A DNA stretch of 64,000 nt from a virus. Location of the stretch: positions 5,120-69,119 of IMG/VR virus record IMGVR_UViG_3300037427_002598; one strand, 5' to 3'. This document shows, one piece after another, positions 35,508-45,680 of this stretch. How positions within the stretch are numbered: the first letter of the stretch is position 1; each line of letters starts with the position of its first letter. Below the pieces are notes generated by a model that was not told where the DNA came from, ran no database searches, and saw nothing but the letters and a program-made list of their open reading frames with translations. Made by a program: the position numbers and the translations under genes.

Positions 35508-36731
35508 ATGCCACAACCCGACGGAGGACTATTAACCGAAACAAATTCGCAATATTACGCAGGATCTCAAGTGTTTATCGCAACGGCTGATCAAACTACC
35601 TTTACAGCTACATTTAATACAGATATAAGTTTTGGTAGTTATGATCCTACAGAATCTGAATATAATAATAATAACTTTAGATTATATACTAGTGCTACAG
35701 GTGCTCCTGCTTCTTTTACAGAATATATAACTAGCTATACGGTTGTAAATAATGTATTTACTTTACCAGCACAGGCAGATGGTACATATGTAGTAATTCA
35801 GCTTTTAAATCAGTATGGAGGAGAATATGGTAATCGCGATGCTTTTGGTAAAGTAGTAGAAAAAAATTACAATAGTTATTCTTATATAAAAGTACAAGAT
35901 TTGGTTAATAATTTTCTTGTAGCTTATGTAGGAGCAGGTAAGTTAATTCCTAGTGTAAAACGTACAGATGTAATTTTTCACACTAAACGAGCATTACAAG
36001 AGTTTAGTTATGATACTCTTAAAAGTATAAAGTCACAAGAGTTAAATATCCCTCCTAGTTTAAGTGTTCCTATTCCACAAGATTATGTAAATTATGTTAA
36101 CGTGTCTTGGGTAGATGAATCTGGGCAAACACATATTATATTCCCTAATCGGTTAACAACTAATCCATATACTAAACCCGTACAAGACGCTCAAGGAATT
36201 CCAACTCAAGATAATCAAGGAAGTGATATTACAGGCACATCCTTAACAGAAGAAAGATATAGAGATCAAAATAATGCTATTTTAAAAGAACTAAGAGACG
36301 AAACAACAGGAAGATTAATTTCAGATGGGTTATATGGTTTTTGGGGAAATTACTTATGGGGTTATGGTCAGAGATATGGAATGCAACCAGAGTTTGCTCA
36401 AATGAATGGATGGTTTACTATAAATGAAAGAGATGGTAAGTTTTCTTTTTCAAGCGATCTTAAAGATAAGTTAATAGTATTAGAATATATTTCAGATGGA
36501 TTATCTTATGATCAAGATATGAAGGTACCTAAACTAGCTGAAGACGCTGTATATTCTTATATTAGTCACGCTATATTAGCTAGTAGAATAAATCAACCTG
36601 AGTATGTAGTTCAACGTTTACGTAGAGAAAAAAGTGCAAAATTAAGAAACGCAAAAATAAGATTATCAAATATAAAGTCTGATGAATTTATTCAGGTGAT
36701 GAGAGGTAAATCTAAATGGATTAAATTTTAA
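35508..36731 (+). CDS. Tail ring protein with N-terminal accessory domain
   Basis: VIFHTKRALQEFSYD...IPQDYVNYV...VLEYISDG...VPKLAEDA pattern of tail tubular/ring proteins. Confidence 0.65.
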   Translation: MPQPDGGLLTETNSQYYAGSQVFIATADQTTFTATFNTDISFGSYDPTESEYNNNNFRLYTSATGAPASFTEYITSYTVVNNVFTLPAQADGTYVVIQLLNQYGGEYGNRDAFGKVVEKNYNSYSYIKVQDLVNNFLVAYVGAGKLIPSVKRTDVIFHTKRALQEFSYDTLKSIKSQELNIPPSLSVPIPQDYVNYVNVSWVDESGQTHIIFPNRLTTNPYTKPVQDAQGIPTQDNQGSDITGTSLTEERYRDQNNAILKELRDETTGRLISDGLYGFWGNYLWGYGQRYGMQPEFAQMNGWFTINERDGKFSFSSDLKDKLIVLEYISDGLSYDQDMKVPKLAEDAVYSYISHAILASRINQPEYVVQRLRREKSAKLRNAKIRLSNIKSDEFIQVMRGKSKWIKF

Positions 36732-36735
36732 ATAA

Positions 36736-39700
36736 ATGGCGGAAGTTAAAAATGCTTTTATTAAGTCTAAAATGAATAAAGACCTGGATGCCAGGTTGTT
36801 ACCCAATGGGGAATATCGTGAAGGAGTTAATATACAAGTAAGTAAGTCAGAAGGTGCCGACGTTGGAGCGTTAGAAAATGTATTAGGAAACAACAAACTG
36901 GTTGATTTTACAGCGTTAACTGGTGTCAATGATTTATATACTGTTGGTCTTTATACTGATGAGGTAAACAATAATATTTATGTATTTTTAACTGATTATG
37001 ACGACACTAAGTTAACTGACTCTAGTGGTAACAATATATATAACAGTCAACTTTTAAATTATTCTCCTACAGCTAACAACTTTGTATATGTATATAACAT
37101 TGCAACACAAGAACCGATCCAACTACTACAAGGATCGTTTTTAAACTTTTCCATTAATTTTCCTATCCATTCTATTAATTTAGTAGAAAATATATTATTT
37201 TGGACAGACAATCGTAATCAACCTAGAAGAATAGAAGTTGACAAAGCTGTTGAAGTTTCCAATTATTACACTACAGAAGATCAAATTTCAGTAGCGTCGT
37301 ATTCTCCGTTTCAACCTATTGAATTATATTATAAATTTGAAGGATTTTATAAAAATGCTGATGGAACCGTTATTCCAGTTAATGCAAATGGAGGAAAAGG
37401 TATAACAAGCGGTATAACAACAGCTGGAGCAACTACTATTTTATTAACATCAAATGGGTTTGCAGGAATAGATATTAGTGGGGCAGGTAATAAAAATTTA
37501 GTTGGATCTACCATTATAGCTGCGGATGCTAGTACAGGATTACCTATAGATCCATCACCAATCCCTGTTAATACAGTATTATTAAGTTATACTCCTACTA
37601 CTATTGAACTAGGAGATGCTTCTGGGGCTACAGTTGCAACAACAATTGATATTCCTGATGGTTCTATAATATATTTTAATTATAATAGTTTAATAGGTAA
37701 CGATGAATATGTTACAAGCATGCTAGACGTTAGTAGCAAAATGAATCCTGGGGGTACATATGATGTAGCTAAACCCGGAATGACTACTAATACTAATTTT
37801 AATCCAAATTATAGTGGAGATCCTGATTTTTTAGAAGATAAATTTGTACGTTTTAGTTATAGGTTTAAATATGAAGATGGTACGAATTCTATTATGGCCC
37901 CTTTCACGCAAGCCGCATTTATTCCACAGCAAGATGGATATTTTATGGGTCAAGGAACATTAACAGGAATATCCTTAGATGAAGAAGCAACGTACCGTAG
38001 TACAGTTGTTGGGTTTATGGAAAATAAAGTTAATAATATTTTATTACAAATTCCATTACCTTTAGATAGTGCTAATAATGGGATAAATGCAAGTAGTTTG
38101 TTTAGTAAACTTAAAGTAGATGAGATTGAAATTTTATATAAAGAATCTGATAGTTTAGCAGTTCAAGTAGTAGATTCTATACCGAGAACTGGAAACACTG
38201 GTTATGAAAGATTTGGAAGTGATACGGTAATAGAATATAATTACCAAGGTACTAAACCATATAAAACTTTACCAGAAAATGAAATAGTTAGAGTATATGA
38301 CAAAGTACCAGTAAGAGCTCATGGTCAAGAAATTATAAGTAATCGAGTGGTATATAGTAACTTTCAAAATAAACATACTCCCCCTGAGTCTTTAGATTAT
38401 AATGTAACAATATCAGATAAATATACAAACTTTGTAGTAGATGAACCTGGAAATCCTATATTACCACCATTGGAAAAAACAGTTTCTCGAGAATACCCAA
38501 TGCACACGGTAAAGCAGAATAGAAACTATCAAGTAGGAATTGTATTGTCTGATAGATTTGGTAGAAGTTCTACTACCCTTTTATCTTCTTCTAAAACACA
38601 GAGTACTAATGCCGACGATTTAATATTAGATGGTGATACTATATATTTTCCATATAACGATGTTACTCAAGATAGTAGTAATAGCATACATTCATGGCCT
38701 GGTGACTCAATTAAAATATTATTTAATAGTCCGGTACCAGAAAACATAGCGGCTAACGTTAGTACAGGTTGGCCAGGACTATACAATGGAAATCCTGCAT
38801 TAAGTAGCTACAACCCTTTGGGTTGGTATTCTTATAAAGTTGTTGTAAAACAAACAGAACAAGAATATTATAATGTATATTTACCTGGTTTAATGAATTT
38901 TTATCCTAATATTCCAGTTACCCCACCAGACCCAACCGGAACTACTTCTTTTATTACTTTGTTAAATGATAACATTAATAAAGTGCCTAGAGATTTAAGT
39001 GAAGTTGGTCCAGAACAAAAACAATTTAGAAGTTCAGTGGTATTATATGGTAGAGTAGCACCAGAAAATGATGCGGTCACTCCTAATCCTACTTTTAATT
39101 ATCAATTTAACCCCACTCCGTCCGCTGTAAATATTGCTATTCCAGATACAGTATCTACTATTTCAACACAAAATGATATGTTTAATAATCCTGCTGCTGA
39201 TCCAGGAGGTGCCAGTCAAACAGTTGAGTATAGTTCTATTTATCAAACTTTATCTAATCCTTTATTAGCTAGAGTAAGTATTGGAGGAAATACTATTGGA
39301 TCTTATATTCCTGCCGCTGTAACCACAGCTTATAATACGTGGTTAAGTGTTTATGAAACTGCTCCGGTAGAATCTCGATTAGATATTTATTGGGAAACTA
39401 CTTCTAGTGGGACTATTTCACAATTAAATGAAGCTATAAAAGAAGGAACTTCTAATATCAAAGGCTTTACAACAGAAGATTCACCAACAGCGCCAGAAAC
39501 ATGGACATTTAACCTTTACGAAGATATAACTCCTGGAGCATCACCCACTGCTTCTTATAACACCGGCACATATACAGAAGTTAGATTCTTTCCTTATGTT
39601 GAAGATAGCAGTGGAACTATTTCAGCCGTTAAAAGAAGCAATATTGAAACAAGTGGATTTAGTGTAAGAAATGGAAATAATACAGTTGTAACAGATAAAT

Positions 39701-42291
39701 TTATTTTAAATAAATATCCGGCCCCTAGTACTTCTAGTGATCCAGATAAATATTCTATTACAATAGCAGCTAATACCTTCTTTTATTTTAACGAAAAATC
39801 TGATGTAGAAGGTTCTTATACTTTTACTTTTGAAGTAGAAAATTTAGATGGAACTCCTGGAGCTGTAGGCTCACAATATGGGCAAAAAACTAAAGTTGCT
39901 TTAACTGAAAAATTAAGTAATATAAAACCATCTATAGATAATTGTGAAACAAATATAGTAGTATTACCCGGGGCAACTTCTGTTTATACATTTACTGGGG
40001 TAAACGGTAGTGCTGATACTAGTAGAAACACCGATGATTTAACCTGGTCAATGACTCAAAGTCCAGCTGCTGATGGTGGTACTATTCCTCAATTATCAAT
40101 AAACGCTCAAACAGGGGAAGTAACTGTTGATGAAGACGCGTTGATTGATCAGTCAATAACTATGACGGTTGTTTTAAGAGATGCTGGCAATGACTCAAAC
40201 ACTTATAATGCTCCTAATAGTTATGCACAGTGTATAACTGCTATAAATGGAAAATTAGGTTATGAAACTTTTGATTTAAATGAAGATTTTTACAGTGTTA
40301 AAAATATGTGTATTAACCAAGGGCCGGAAAGTTCTGGATTTTATTGGGCAACAGTTGATAATAGCAGTACACAAAACCCTGCAGATACTGGACCTTACCC
40401 TAGCGCAAGTAGCGGACCTGGAGGTTCTCCGGTAAACAACGACAATAGAGTTCCTGTTAGTGGATCAGGGAAAATTACTGAAATTGATCCAGGAACTGGA
40501 GTAACTAGTGTTTCAGTAAATACCGCTAATAGCGCGTGTAATACTGCTGGTTGGAGATGGGCAAATACAAATAGAAATGGAACAGTGCAATTTACTGCAA
40601 ACAATTCTGGGTTTGAAACTGAAAATGGAAGAGTTGATGCTACTACTTCAAGAAACACTTATAGTCAACCACAAGCGTGGCTTAAAGAAGGTACCACAGA
40701 ACAACCAGGGGGAACTGCTTATATTATTGTAGATTTTGAATTTACTAATCCTACAAGTTATGATACTACTTTAGGACCACCCTCTGATAGACCTGAGGTT
40801 ATTTGGCCAGTTTATTTACAATATAGACCAACAAATGTTTCGGGGGTTCCCATTGGACCTTGGGAAACTGCTAAGGATATTGAAGGTAATGAAATACGTT
40901 TTGGCGGTACACAAGGAAATAATTATCAAATGCAGGTACCCGCAAATGAAAATGATAAACCAAAATTTGGCCCTAATCCTTTTACAACTGATACAGGTGT
41001 GTTAGATAAATTATCAGAAGCTAAAACACCAGCTACTACTTCAGTAAGTCAAATTAACCCTTTCCCTGCTAAAGAAGATTGTTTTGATGCTTGGTTTGAT
41101 GGTATTTCAGCTACAGGTGAACAAGGGCTTAGTTCTGTTGGTAGAAAAATGTTTTGTATAGGTAGAAATCAAGGATATAGAAATGCTTCAACTGGAATAC
41201 CAGATTCTCCAGATATGTTTGGAGAATATAGATTATTAACTCGTTATCCTTATAGTAATAACATTGAGGTTAATACTAATAATAAAGTTTTACCTACTTT
41301 AACACCTGATGGCTGTCCTACTTCAGCGCCATATAATAATCCTCTAACCGCTCAAGTAACACAAAAAGTTTATTTAAGTTTTGGGGATTTTTATAATCCA
41401 GTTCAATTAAGAAATACATATAATAATAATACACTTGTTTCTACTGGATCTCTTGAGCGTGCTTATCAGTATAATATTAGTCCTCCTAAAGATACTAGAA
41501 CAGAAGCAGAACAAGCTTATCCTACTCCGCAATCTGGGGGAGTTGGAGGAAGAACAGTGTGGGCTAAAGAATGGGGTTTTAAATATGTTACACAATTTTA
41601 TAAAGATTCAGCTTTAAGTGAAATATTTAGACCTAGTGAAGAATGGCCAGCAATTGGCACAGATACTAAATATTATTCCTACGCCACAACAGGTGATTAT
41701 TTAAATGCTGATTGGGGAAATGATAATGCTAGCACTAGAAACGGTTCACCTATTTGGACAGATTCTACTGGGTATGTATTTGGACAAAACGTAACAAATA
41801 AAAATCAAGATAGAAAATGGACTGCTCAATTTGATTATTTAGGAGAAAAAATTATAAGTACAGCCCAACCTTGTGCAGCGAATTTAGTAACCCCTGACCC
41901 AGGGCCCACTCAACCTTCTAATACCTATAGTTTTGGAGTAACCGTACTAGAACAAAGTGGATCCTTTTTTACAGTAAATTTTGAAAGTCAAATATATCAA
42001 GCAGCGGCTTTCTCATTAAATATGCTTGAACAATTAACAGGAGGAAAAACTGGAAACGGGGTTCCTCATTACATGCAAAAATCTGTTATATCTATTTTTC
42101 AACCGGAGGCACCATATACACTTGTAGGAGAAATTAGAAATACTGGATCAGCTACAATACTGAGAACAGAAAATTATATTTCAGGATCATTTGCTATTAT
42201 TCAATTAGCTTTTAGAAATATAAGTGGAACACTACCTTTTCAACCAGGTAAAAAATACTTGTGGACTTGGCCGGGTATTACTAGTCCATAA
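36736..42291 (+). CDS. Tail muzzle/stabilisation protein, large subunit with C-terminal Ig-like extensions
   Basis: KMNKDLDARLLPNGEYR...GALENVLGN N-terminus, LFWTDNRNQPRRI, RFSYRFKYEDG, YQVGIVLSDRFGR. Confidence 0.75.
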   Translation: MAEVKNAFIKSKMNKDLDARLLPNGEYREGVNIQVSKSEGADVGALENVLGNNKLVDFTALTGVNDLYTVGLYTDEVNNNIYVFLTDYDDTKLTDSSGNNIYNSQLLNYSPTANNFVYVYNIATQEPIQLLQGSFLNFSINFPIHSINLVENILFWTDNRNQPRRIEVDKAVEVSNYYTTEDQISVASYSPFQPIELYYKFEGFYKNADGTVIPVNANGGKGITSGITTAGATTILLTSNGFAGIDISGAGNKNLVGSTIIAADASTGLPIDPSPIPVNTVLLSYTPTTIELGDASGATVATTIDIPDGSIIYFNYNSLIGNDEYVTSMLDVSSKMNPGGTYDVAKPGMTTNTNFNPNYSGDPDFLEDKFVRFSYRFKYEDGTNSIMAPFTQAAFIPQQDGYFMGQGTLTGISLDEEATYRSTVVGFMENKVNNILLQIPLPLDSANNGINASSLFSKLKVDEIEILYKESDSLAVQVVDSIPRTGNTGYERFGSDTVIEYNYQGTKPYKTLPENEIVRVYDKVPVRAHGQEIISNRVVYSNFQNKHTPPESLDYNVTISDKYTNFVVDEPGNPILPPLEKTVSREYPMHTVKQNRNYQVGIVLSDRFGRSSTTLLSSSKTQSTNADDLILDGDTIYFPYNDVTQDSSNSIHSWPGDSIKILFNSPVPENIAANVSTGWPGLYNGNPALSSYNPLGWYSYKVVVKQTEQEYYNVYLPGLMNFYPNIPVTPPDPTGTTSFITLLNDNINKVPRDLSEVGPEQKQFRSSVVLYGRVAPENDAVTPNPTFNYQFNPTPSAVNIAIPDTVSTISTQNDMFNNPAADPGGASQTVEYSSIYQTLSNPLLARVSIGGNTIGSYIPAAVTTAYNTWLSVYETAPVESRLDIYWETTSSGTISQLNEAIKEGTSNIKGFTTEDSPTAPETWTFNLYEDITPGASPTASYNTGTYTEVRFFPYVEDSSGTISAVKRSNIETSGFSVRNGNNTVVTDKFILNKYPAPSTSSDPDKYSITIAANTFFYFNEKSDVEGSYTFTFEVENLDGTPGAVGSQYGQKTKVALTEKLSNIKPSIDNCETNIVVLPGATSVYTFTGVNGSADTSRNTDDLTWSMTQSPAADGGTIPQLSINAQTGEVTVDEDALIDQSITMTVVLRDAGNDSNTYNAPNSYAQCITAINGKLGYETFDLNEDFYSVKNMCINQGPESSGFYWATVDNSSTQNPADTGPYPSASSGPGGSPVNNDNRVPVSGSGKITEIDPGTGVTSVSVNTANSACNTAGWRWANTNRNGTVQFTANNSGFETENGRVDATTSRNTYSQPQAWLKEGTTEQPGGTAYIIVDFEFTNPTSYDTTLGPPSDRPEVIWPVYLQYRPTNVSGVPIGPWETAKDIEGNEIRFGGTQGNNYQMQVPANENDKPKFGPNPFTTDTGVLDKLSEAKTPATTSVSQINPFPAKEDCFDAWFDGISATGEQGLSSVGRKMFCIGRNQGYRNASTGIPDSPDMFGEYRLLTRYPYSNNIEVNTNNKVLPTLTPDGCPTSAPYNNPLTAQVTQKVYLSFGDFYNPVQLRNTYNNNTLVSTGSLERAYQYNISPPKDTRTEAEQAYPTPQSGGVGGRTVWAKEWGFKYVTQFYKDSALSEIFRPSEEWPAIGTDTKYYSYATTGDYLNADWGNDNASTRNGSPIWTDSTGYVFGQNVTNKNQDRKWTAQFDYLGEKIISTAQPCAANLVTPDPGPTQPSNTYSFGVTVLEQSGSFFTVNFESQIYQAAAFSLNMLEQLTGGKTGNGVPHYMQKSVISIFQPEAPYTLVGEIRNTGSATILRTENYISGSFAIIQLAFRNISGTLPFQPGKKYLWTWPGITSP

Positions 42292-42326
42292 TAGTAATAA
42301 TATTAATAAATATGCAATTATAAAAT

Positions 42327-43802
42327 ATGGCGGCAACTATAGAAGTTAAATTTTTCAATAGCTTTATTTTACGTAAAACTGTAGATAGTACTAATGAACC
42401 AAAATGGAATGGGTCTAGAGGGGATGGTACATACCCTCAATCTGCCGTTGCTGGTACCGCTTATTATAATGATTGGGCTGTAGAAGAAGCGCGAATCAGA
42501 GGTGGTTATAATAATACATATGTGGGTCAAGGAGTAAAAGCATATTTAGTAGAAGATAATCCAAATGCTTCTAATAGAATAAACTCTATGATTTATTCAG
42601 GTATTTTTAATTCAAGAACTGGTATTAATGATACAAATGTATTTTCTGTTGGGCAAGATATAACTAAAAGTGTTGATCCTGCTAATGGAAGTATACAAAA
42701 AATATATGCTGAAGATTCATATTTGATTATTTTTCAAGAGAAAAAAGTAAGTAGAGCTCCTATTGATAAAGATATTATATACACAGCAGAAGGTAGTCCA
42801 ACTTTAACAGCAAGTAATATGGTAATAGGTAGTGTTCAACCATATGCTGGTAACTTTGGAATTAGTAAAAATCCAGAAAGTTTTGCTGTTTATGGAAGAA
42901 GAAAATATTTTGCTGATAAAGATAGAAGTGCAGTAATGCGTTTATCAAATGATGGACTAACAGAAATATCTCAGTACGGGATGATAGATTTCTTTAGGGA
43001 TCAGTTTGCTAGTTTAGGTAATGGTAAATTAACGGGAGGATGGGACATTTATAACAAACAATATGTTTTATCTATACAACCAAAAGATTTGTCTGTACCT
43101 TATAAAACATTATCTTTTGATGAGCAAATTAATGGTTGGACTAGTTTATATTCATATAAACCTGGAATGATGTTGAGTTTAAAAAATAAATTTTATACTA
43201 CTGGTCCATCTACCGTAGGAGAAACAAACACAGCTTCTTTATACCAACACTATGTAGCATCACAGCCAAGAGGTAATTTTTATGGTGCTCAATATAAAGC
43301 TTCAATTGAATTTATATTTAATCCAAGTGTTAGTGTATCCAAAGTATTTAAAACTATTAACTATGAAGGAAGTAATGGATGGCAAGTAGATAGTTTTATA
43401 TCAGATTCAACTGGAGTTGGTTCTCCCGATATCGCAGTTCCTGATTATGCAACACTTAATACTAATGATTCTACAGCTGTGGTTTATAGTTATAATGAAG
43501 GTTCTTATGATAATTTTGGAAATACCTTTGCTGACGTATCAGTTACACCAATAGTAGCTAATACAACTGCTTTAATTCCTCCTTTAAACCACGCGGGATT
43601 TGCACGTAAAGAAAATAAATATATGGCTAATCTAGTTAATAATAGTGTAGCAACTCCAGGAGAAATAGTATTCGGAGATCAAATGACCGGTATAAAAGGT
43701 TACTACGCAACAGTTAAAATATCTACTGATACATTAACAGATCCAGGTGGAATGAAAGAACTTTTTGCAGCTTCATCGGATTACGTCGAATCAGCATATT
43801 AA
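42327..43802 (+). CDS. Tail stabilisation (P22 gp10-like) protein, C-terminal half as a separate gene
   Basis: GSIQKI...FGISKNPESFA...YFADK.R.AVMRLS.DG.TEIS..GM; KVFKTINYEG; RKENKY. Confidence 0.72.
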   Translation: MAATIEVKFFNSFILRKTVDSTNEPKWNGSRGDGTYPQSAVAGTAYYNDWAVEEARIRGGYNNTYVGQGVKAYLVEDNPNASNRINSMIYSGIFNSRTGINDTNVFSVGQDITKSVDPANGSIQKIYAEDSYLIIFQEKKVSRAPIDKDIIYTAEGSPTLTASNMVIGSVQPYAGNFGISKNPESFAVYGRRKYFADKDRSAVMRLSNDGLTEISQYGMIDFFRDQFASLGNGKLTGGWDIYNKQYVLSIQPKDLSVPYKTLSFDEQINGWTSLYSYKPGMMLSLKNKFYTTGPSTVGETNTASLYQHYVASQPRGNFYGAQYKASIEFIFNPSVSVSKVFKTINYEGSNGWQVDSFISDSTGVGSPDIAVPDYATLNTNDSTAVVYSYNEGSYDNFGNTFADVSVTPIVANTTALIPPLNHAGFARKENKYMANLVNNSVATPGEIVFGDQMTGIKGYYATVKISTDTLTDPGGMKELFAASSDYVESAY

Positions 43803-43808
43803 AAAAAA

Positions 43809-44102
43809 ATGATAAAAATAAACGAACAAACAGAATTTCAACTTTCGCTTAAAACATTAATAGGAATAGCAGTAGGAATATTTACTTTGGTAGGAATGTG
43901 GTTTGCTCTTCAAGAAGATATTGAAGAAGCAAAGCTTTTACCAGAACCTCCAATTTCTCGAACAGAATATGATTTAAAAGATGAATTAGTTAGAGAAACA
44001 ATAATGAATACTCAAGAGAAAGTAAACGAAAATGGAGATAAATTAGATATAATTGAAGAAAGATTATATGATTTAAATACTAATTCAAAAAAGAAACGAT
44101 AA
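43809..44102 (+). CDS. Single-TM coiled-coil protein
   Basis: TM LIGIAVGIFTLVGMWFAL followed by a coiled coil. Confidence 0.65.
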   Translation: MIKINEQTEFQLSLKTLIGIAVGIFTLVGMWFALQEDIEEAKLLPEPPISRTEYDLKDELVRETIMNTQEKVNENGDKLDIIEERLYDLNTNSKKKR

Positions 44103-44452
44103 TGAAATATTTATTTACTTTAATACTTACTTTATTTTTAACTTATACTTTTGCTCAAAATCCTAAAATAGAAGTTCTTCAAATTAATGCAAATTGGAAT
44201 AAACACAACGATATACTTTTAAATCGTATACCTAAAAACTATAAAGGGTATTTTATAGAAGTTAAATATGCTTTAATTGAAGATCAAGGTCCAGAATTTA
44301 AAAAAAGTTTTGCAAGTAAACCTTTACCTATAGTTGTATTAAGAGTTGGAAATAATACTAAATACCAATGGACAGCGGATTTATCTTTTAAATTAAAATT
44401 AGGGGCACATGATGTTTTAGGTACTATTGATAAGGTATTAAATCTTAAATGA
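44102..44452 (+). CDS. Secreted thioredoxin-fold-like protein lacking CxxC
   Basis: Signal peptide MKYLFTLILTLFLTYTFA-Q; VLQINANWN...LPIVVL pattern. Confidence 0.5.
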   Translation: MKYLFTLILTLFLTYTFAQNPKIEVLQINANWNKHNDILLNRIPKNYKGYFIEVKYALIEDQGPEFKKSFASKPLPIVVLRVGNNTKYQWTADLSFKLKLGAHDVLGTIDKVLNLK

Positions 44453-44934
44453 AAGTACAAGATATAAATAAAATAAAAAAATTCCGTAAAGTAGTAATGG
44501 AGTTTGAACAGGCTTTAGGTAAAACAGAAGGAGCTTTAAAAGGTATAGATGAATGTACAACTAAAAATCCTGTTAAATCTACTTTTGTTGGAGGATGTTA
44601 TATTAGAGAGATTTTTATGCCTAAAAATCAAACTATAACATCTCAGATACATAAAAAAGAACATCCTTATTTTATATTAAATGGGGATATAACTGTAATA
44701 TCACCAGATGGGATTCAAAGAATAAAAGGACCATATCATGGTATTACTCAACCGGGAACTAAACGCGTTATAATTACGCATGAAGATACCACATTTATAA
44801 CTGTTCATGCTACTACAAAAACAACTGTGGAAGATGTAGTAGAAGAGGTAATTGCAAAAGATTTTGATGATCCCTTAGTAGCTTTACCTAAGCTTAATAA
44901 TACAAATAAAACAATAACTAATAAAACTAAATAA
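44449..44934 (+). CDS. Cupin-fold protein
   Basis: YIREIFMPK...IHKKEH..FILNG...PGTKR...HEDT.FITVH; sits directly before the ejection genes. Confidence 0.65.
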   Translation: MKVQDINKIKKFRKVVMEFEQALGKTEGALKGIDECTTKNPVKSTFVGGCYIREIFMPKNQTITSQIHKKEHPYFILNGDITVISPDGIQRIKGPYHGITQPGTKRVIITHEDTTFITVHATTKTTVEDVVEEVIAKDFDDPLVALPKLNNTNKTITNKTK

Positions 44935-44936
44935 TT

Positions 44937-45662
44937 ATGGCATATGCAGCTATTGCGAGCGGCGTTGTTGCAATTGGTGGAGCGGTATTCGGCTCTCTCA
45001 GTGCTCGTAAAAGAGAAAAAAAAGCAGAGCGCAAAGCTAAAAAATTAAAAGCAGAAATAAGGCATCTTGAAAACACAAGGCAAGAAGTAATAAACCCATA
45101 TGAAAATGTTTCGGATTTATCTTCAATGATACAAGATGTAAGTGGCATGGCATCAAATCCCACTTTAAATTTATCAGTTGCTACACAAGCTGCAGAAATG
45201 CAAGCTGAAGAAGCTGATATAGCTTTAGCTAACACACTAGATACTTTAGCAGCAACAGGCGCTTCTGCTGGTGGCGCTACTGCTTTAGCACAAGCTGCAT
45301 TAAAAAGCAAGCAAGGAATTTCAGCAAGTATTGAACAGCAAGAGTCTAGAAATCAAGAGCTTTCCGAGAAAGCTAGAGTTCAAGGAGAACAAAGGCTGCA
45401 AGATATTGGAATGGCAGAATCAAGAAGAGTGCAAGCAGGTAAAATGGGTGAAGCCCAAAGATTACAAGATGCTGAAATAAGAGGAAGTGCTTATGAATGG
45501 GAGGCAAGTGAAAGAAGAGAAATGCAAAAACTAAACAGAAGATCAGCAGAATTAACACAACAACAAGCTGCCCAGTCTCAAGCAAGTTCAGACAAAACAG
45601 CAGCAATTATGGGTGGAGTATCAGCGGTAGGTAATATTGCAGGTTCTGCTCTTAGTGCTTAA
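44937..45662 (+). CDS. Ejection/pilot protein 1
   Basis: Hydrophobic Gly/Ala termini, A/Q-rich coiled coil, GASAGGATALAQAA. Confidence 0.7.
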   Translation: MAYAAIASGVVAIGGAVFGSLSARKREKKAERKAKKLKAEIRHLENTRQEVINPYENVSDLSSMIQDVSGMASNPTLNLSVATQAAEMQAEEADIALANTLDTLAATGASAGGATALAQAALKSKQGISASIEQQESRNQELSEKARVQGEQRLQDIGMAESRRVQAGKMGEAQRLQDAEIRGSAYEWEASERREMQKLNRRSAELTQQQAAQSQASSDKTAAIMGGVSAVGNIAGSALSA

Positions 45663-45680
45663 TATTAAAACAATTATAAT

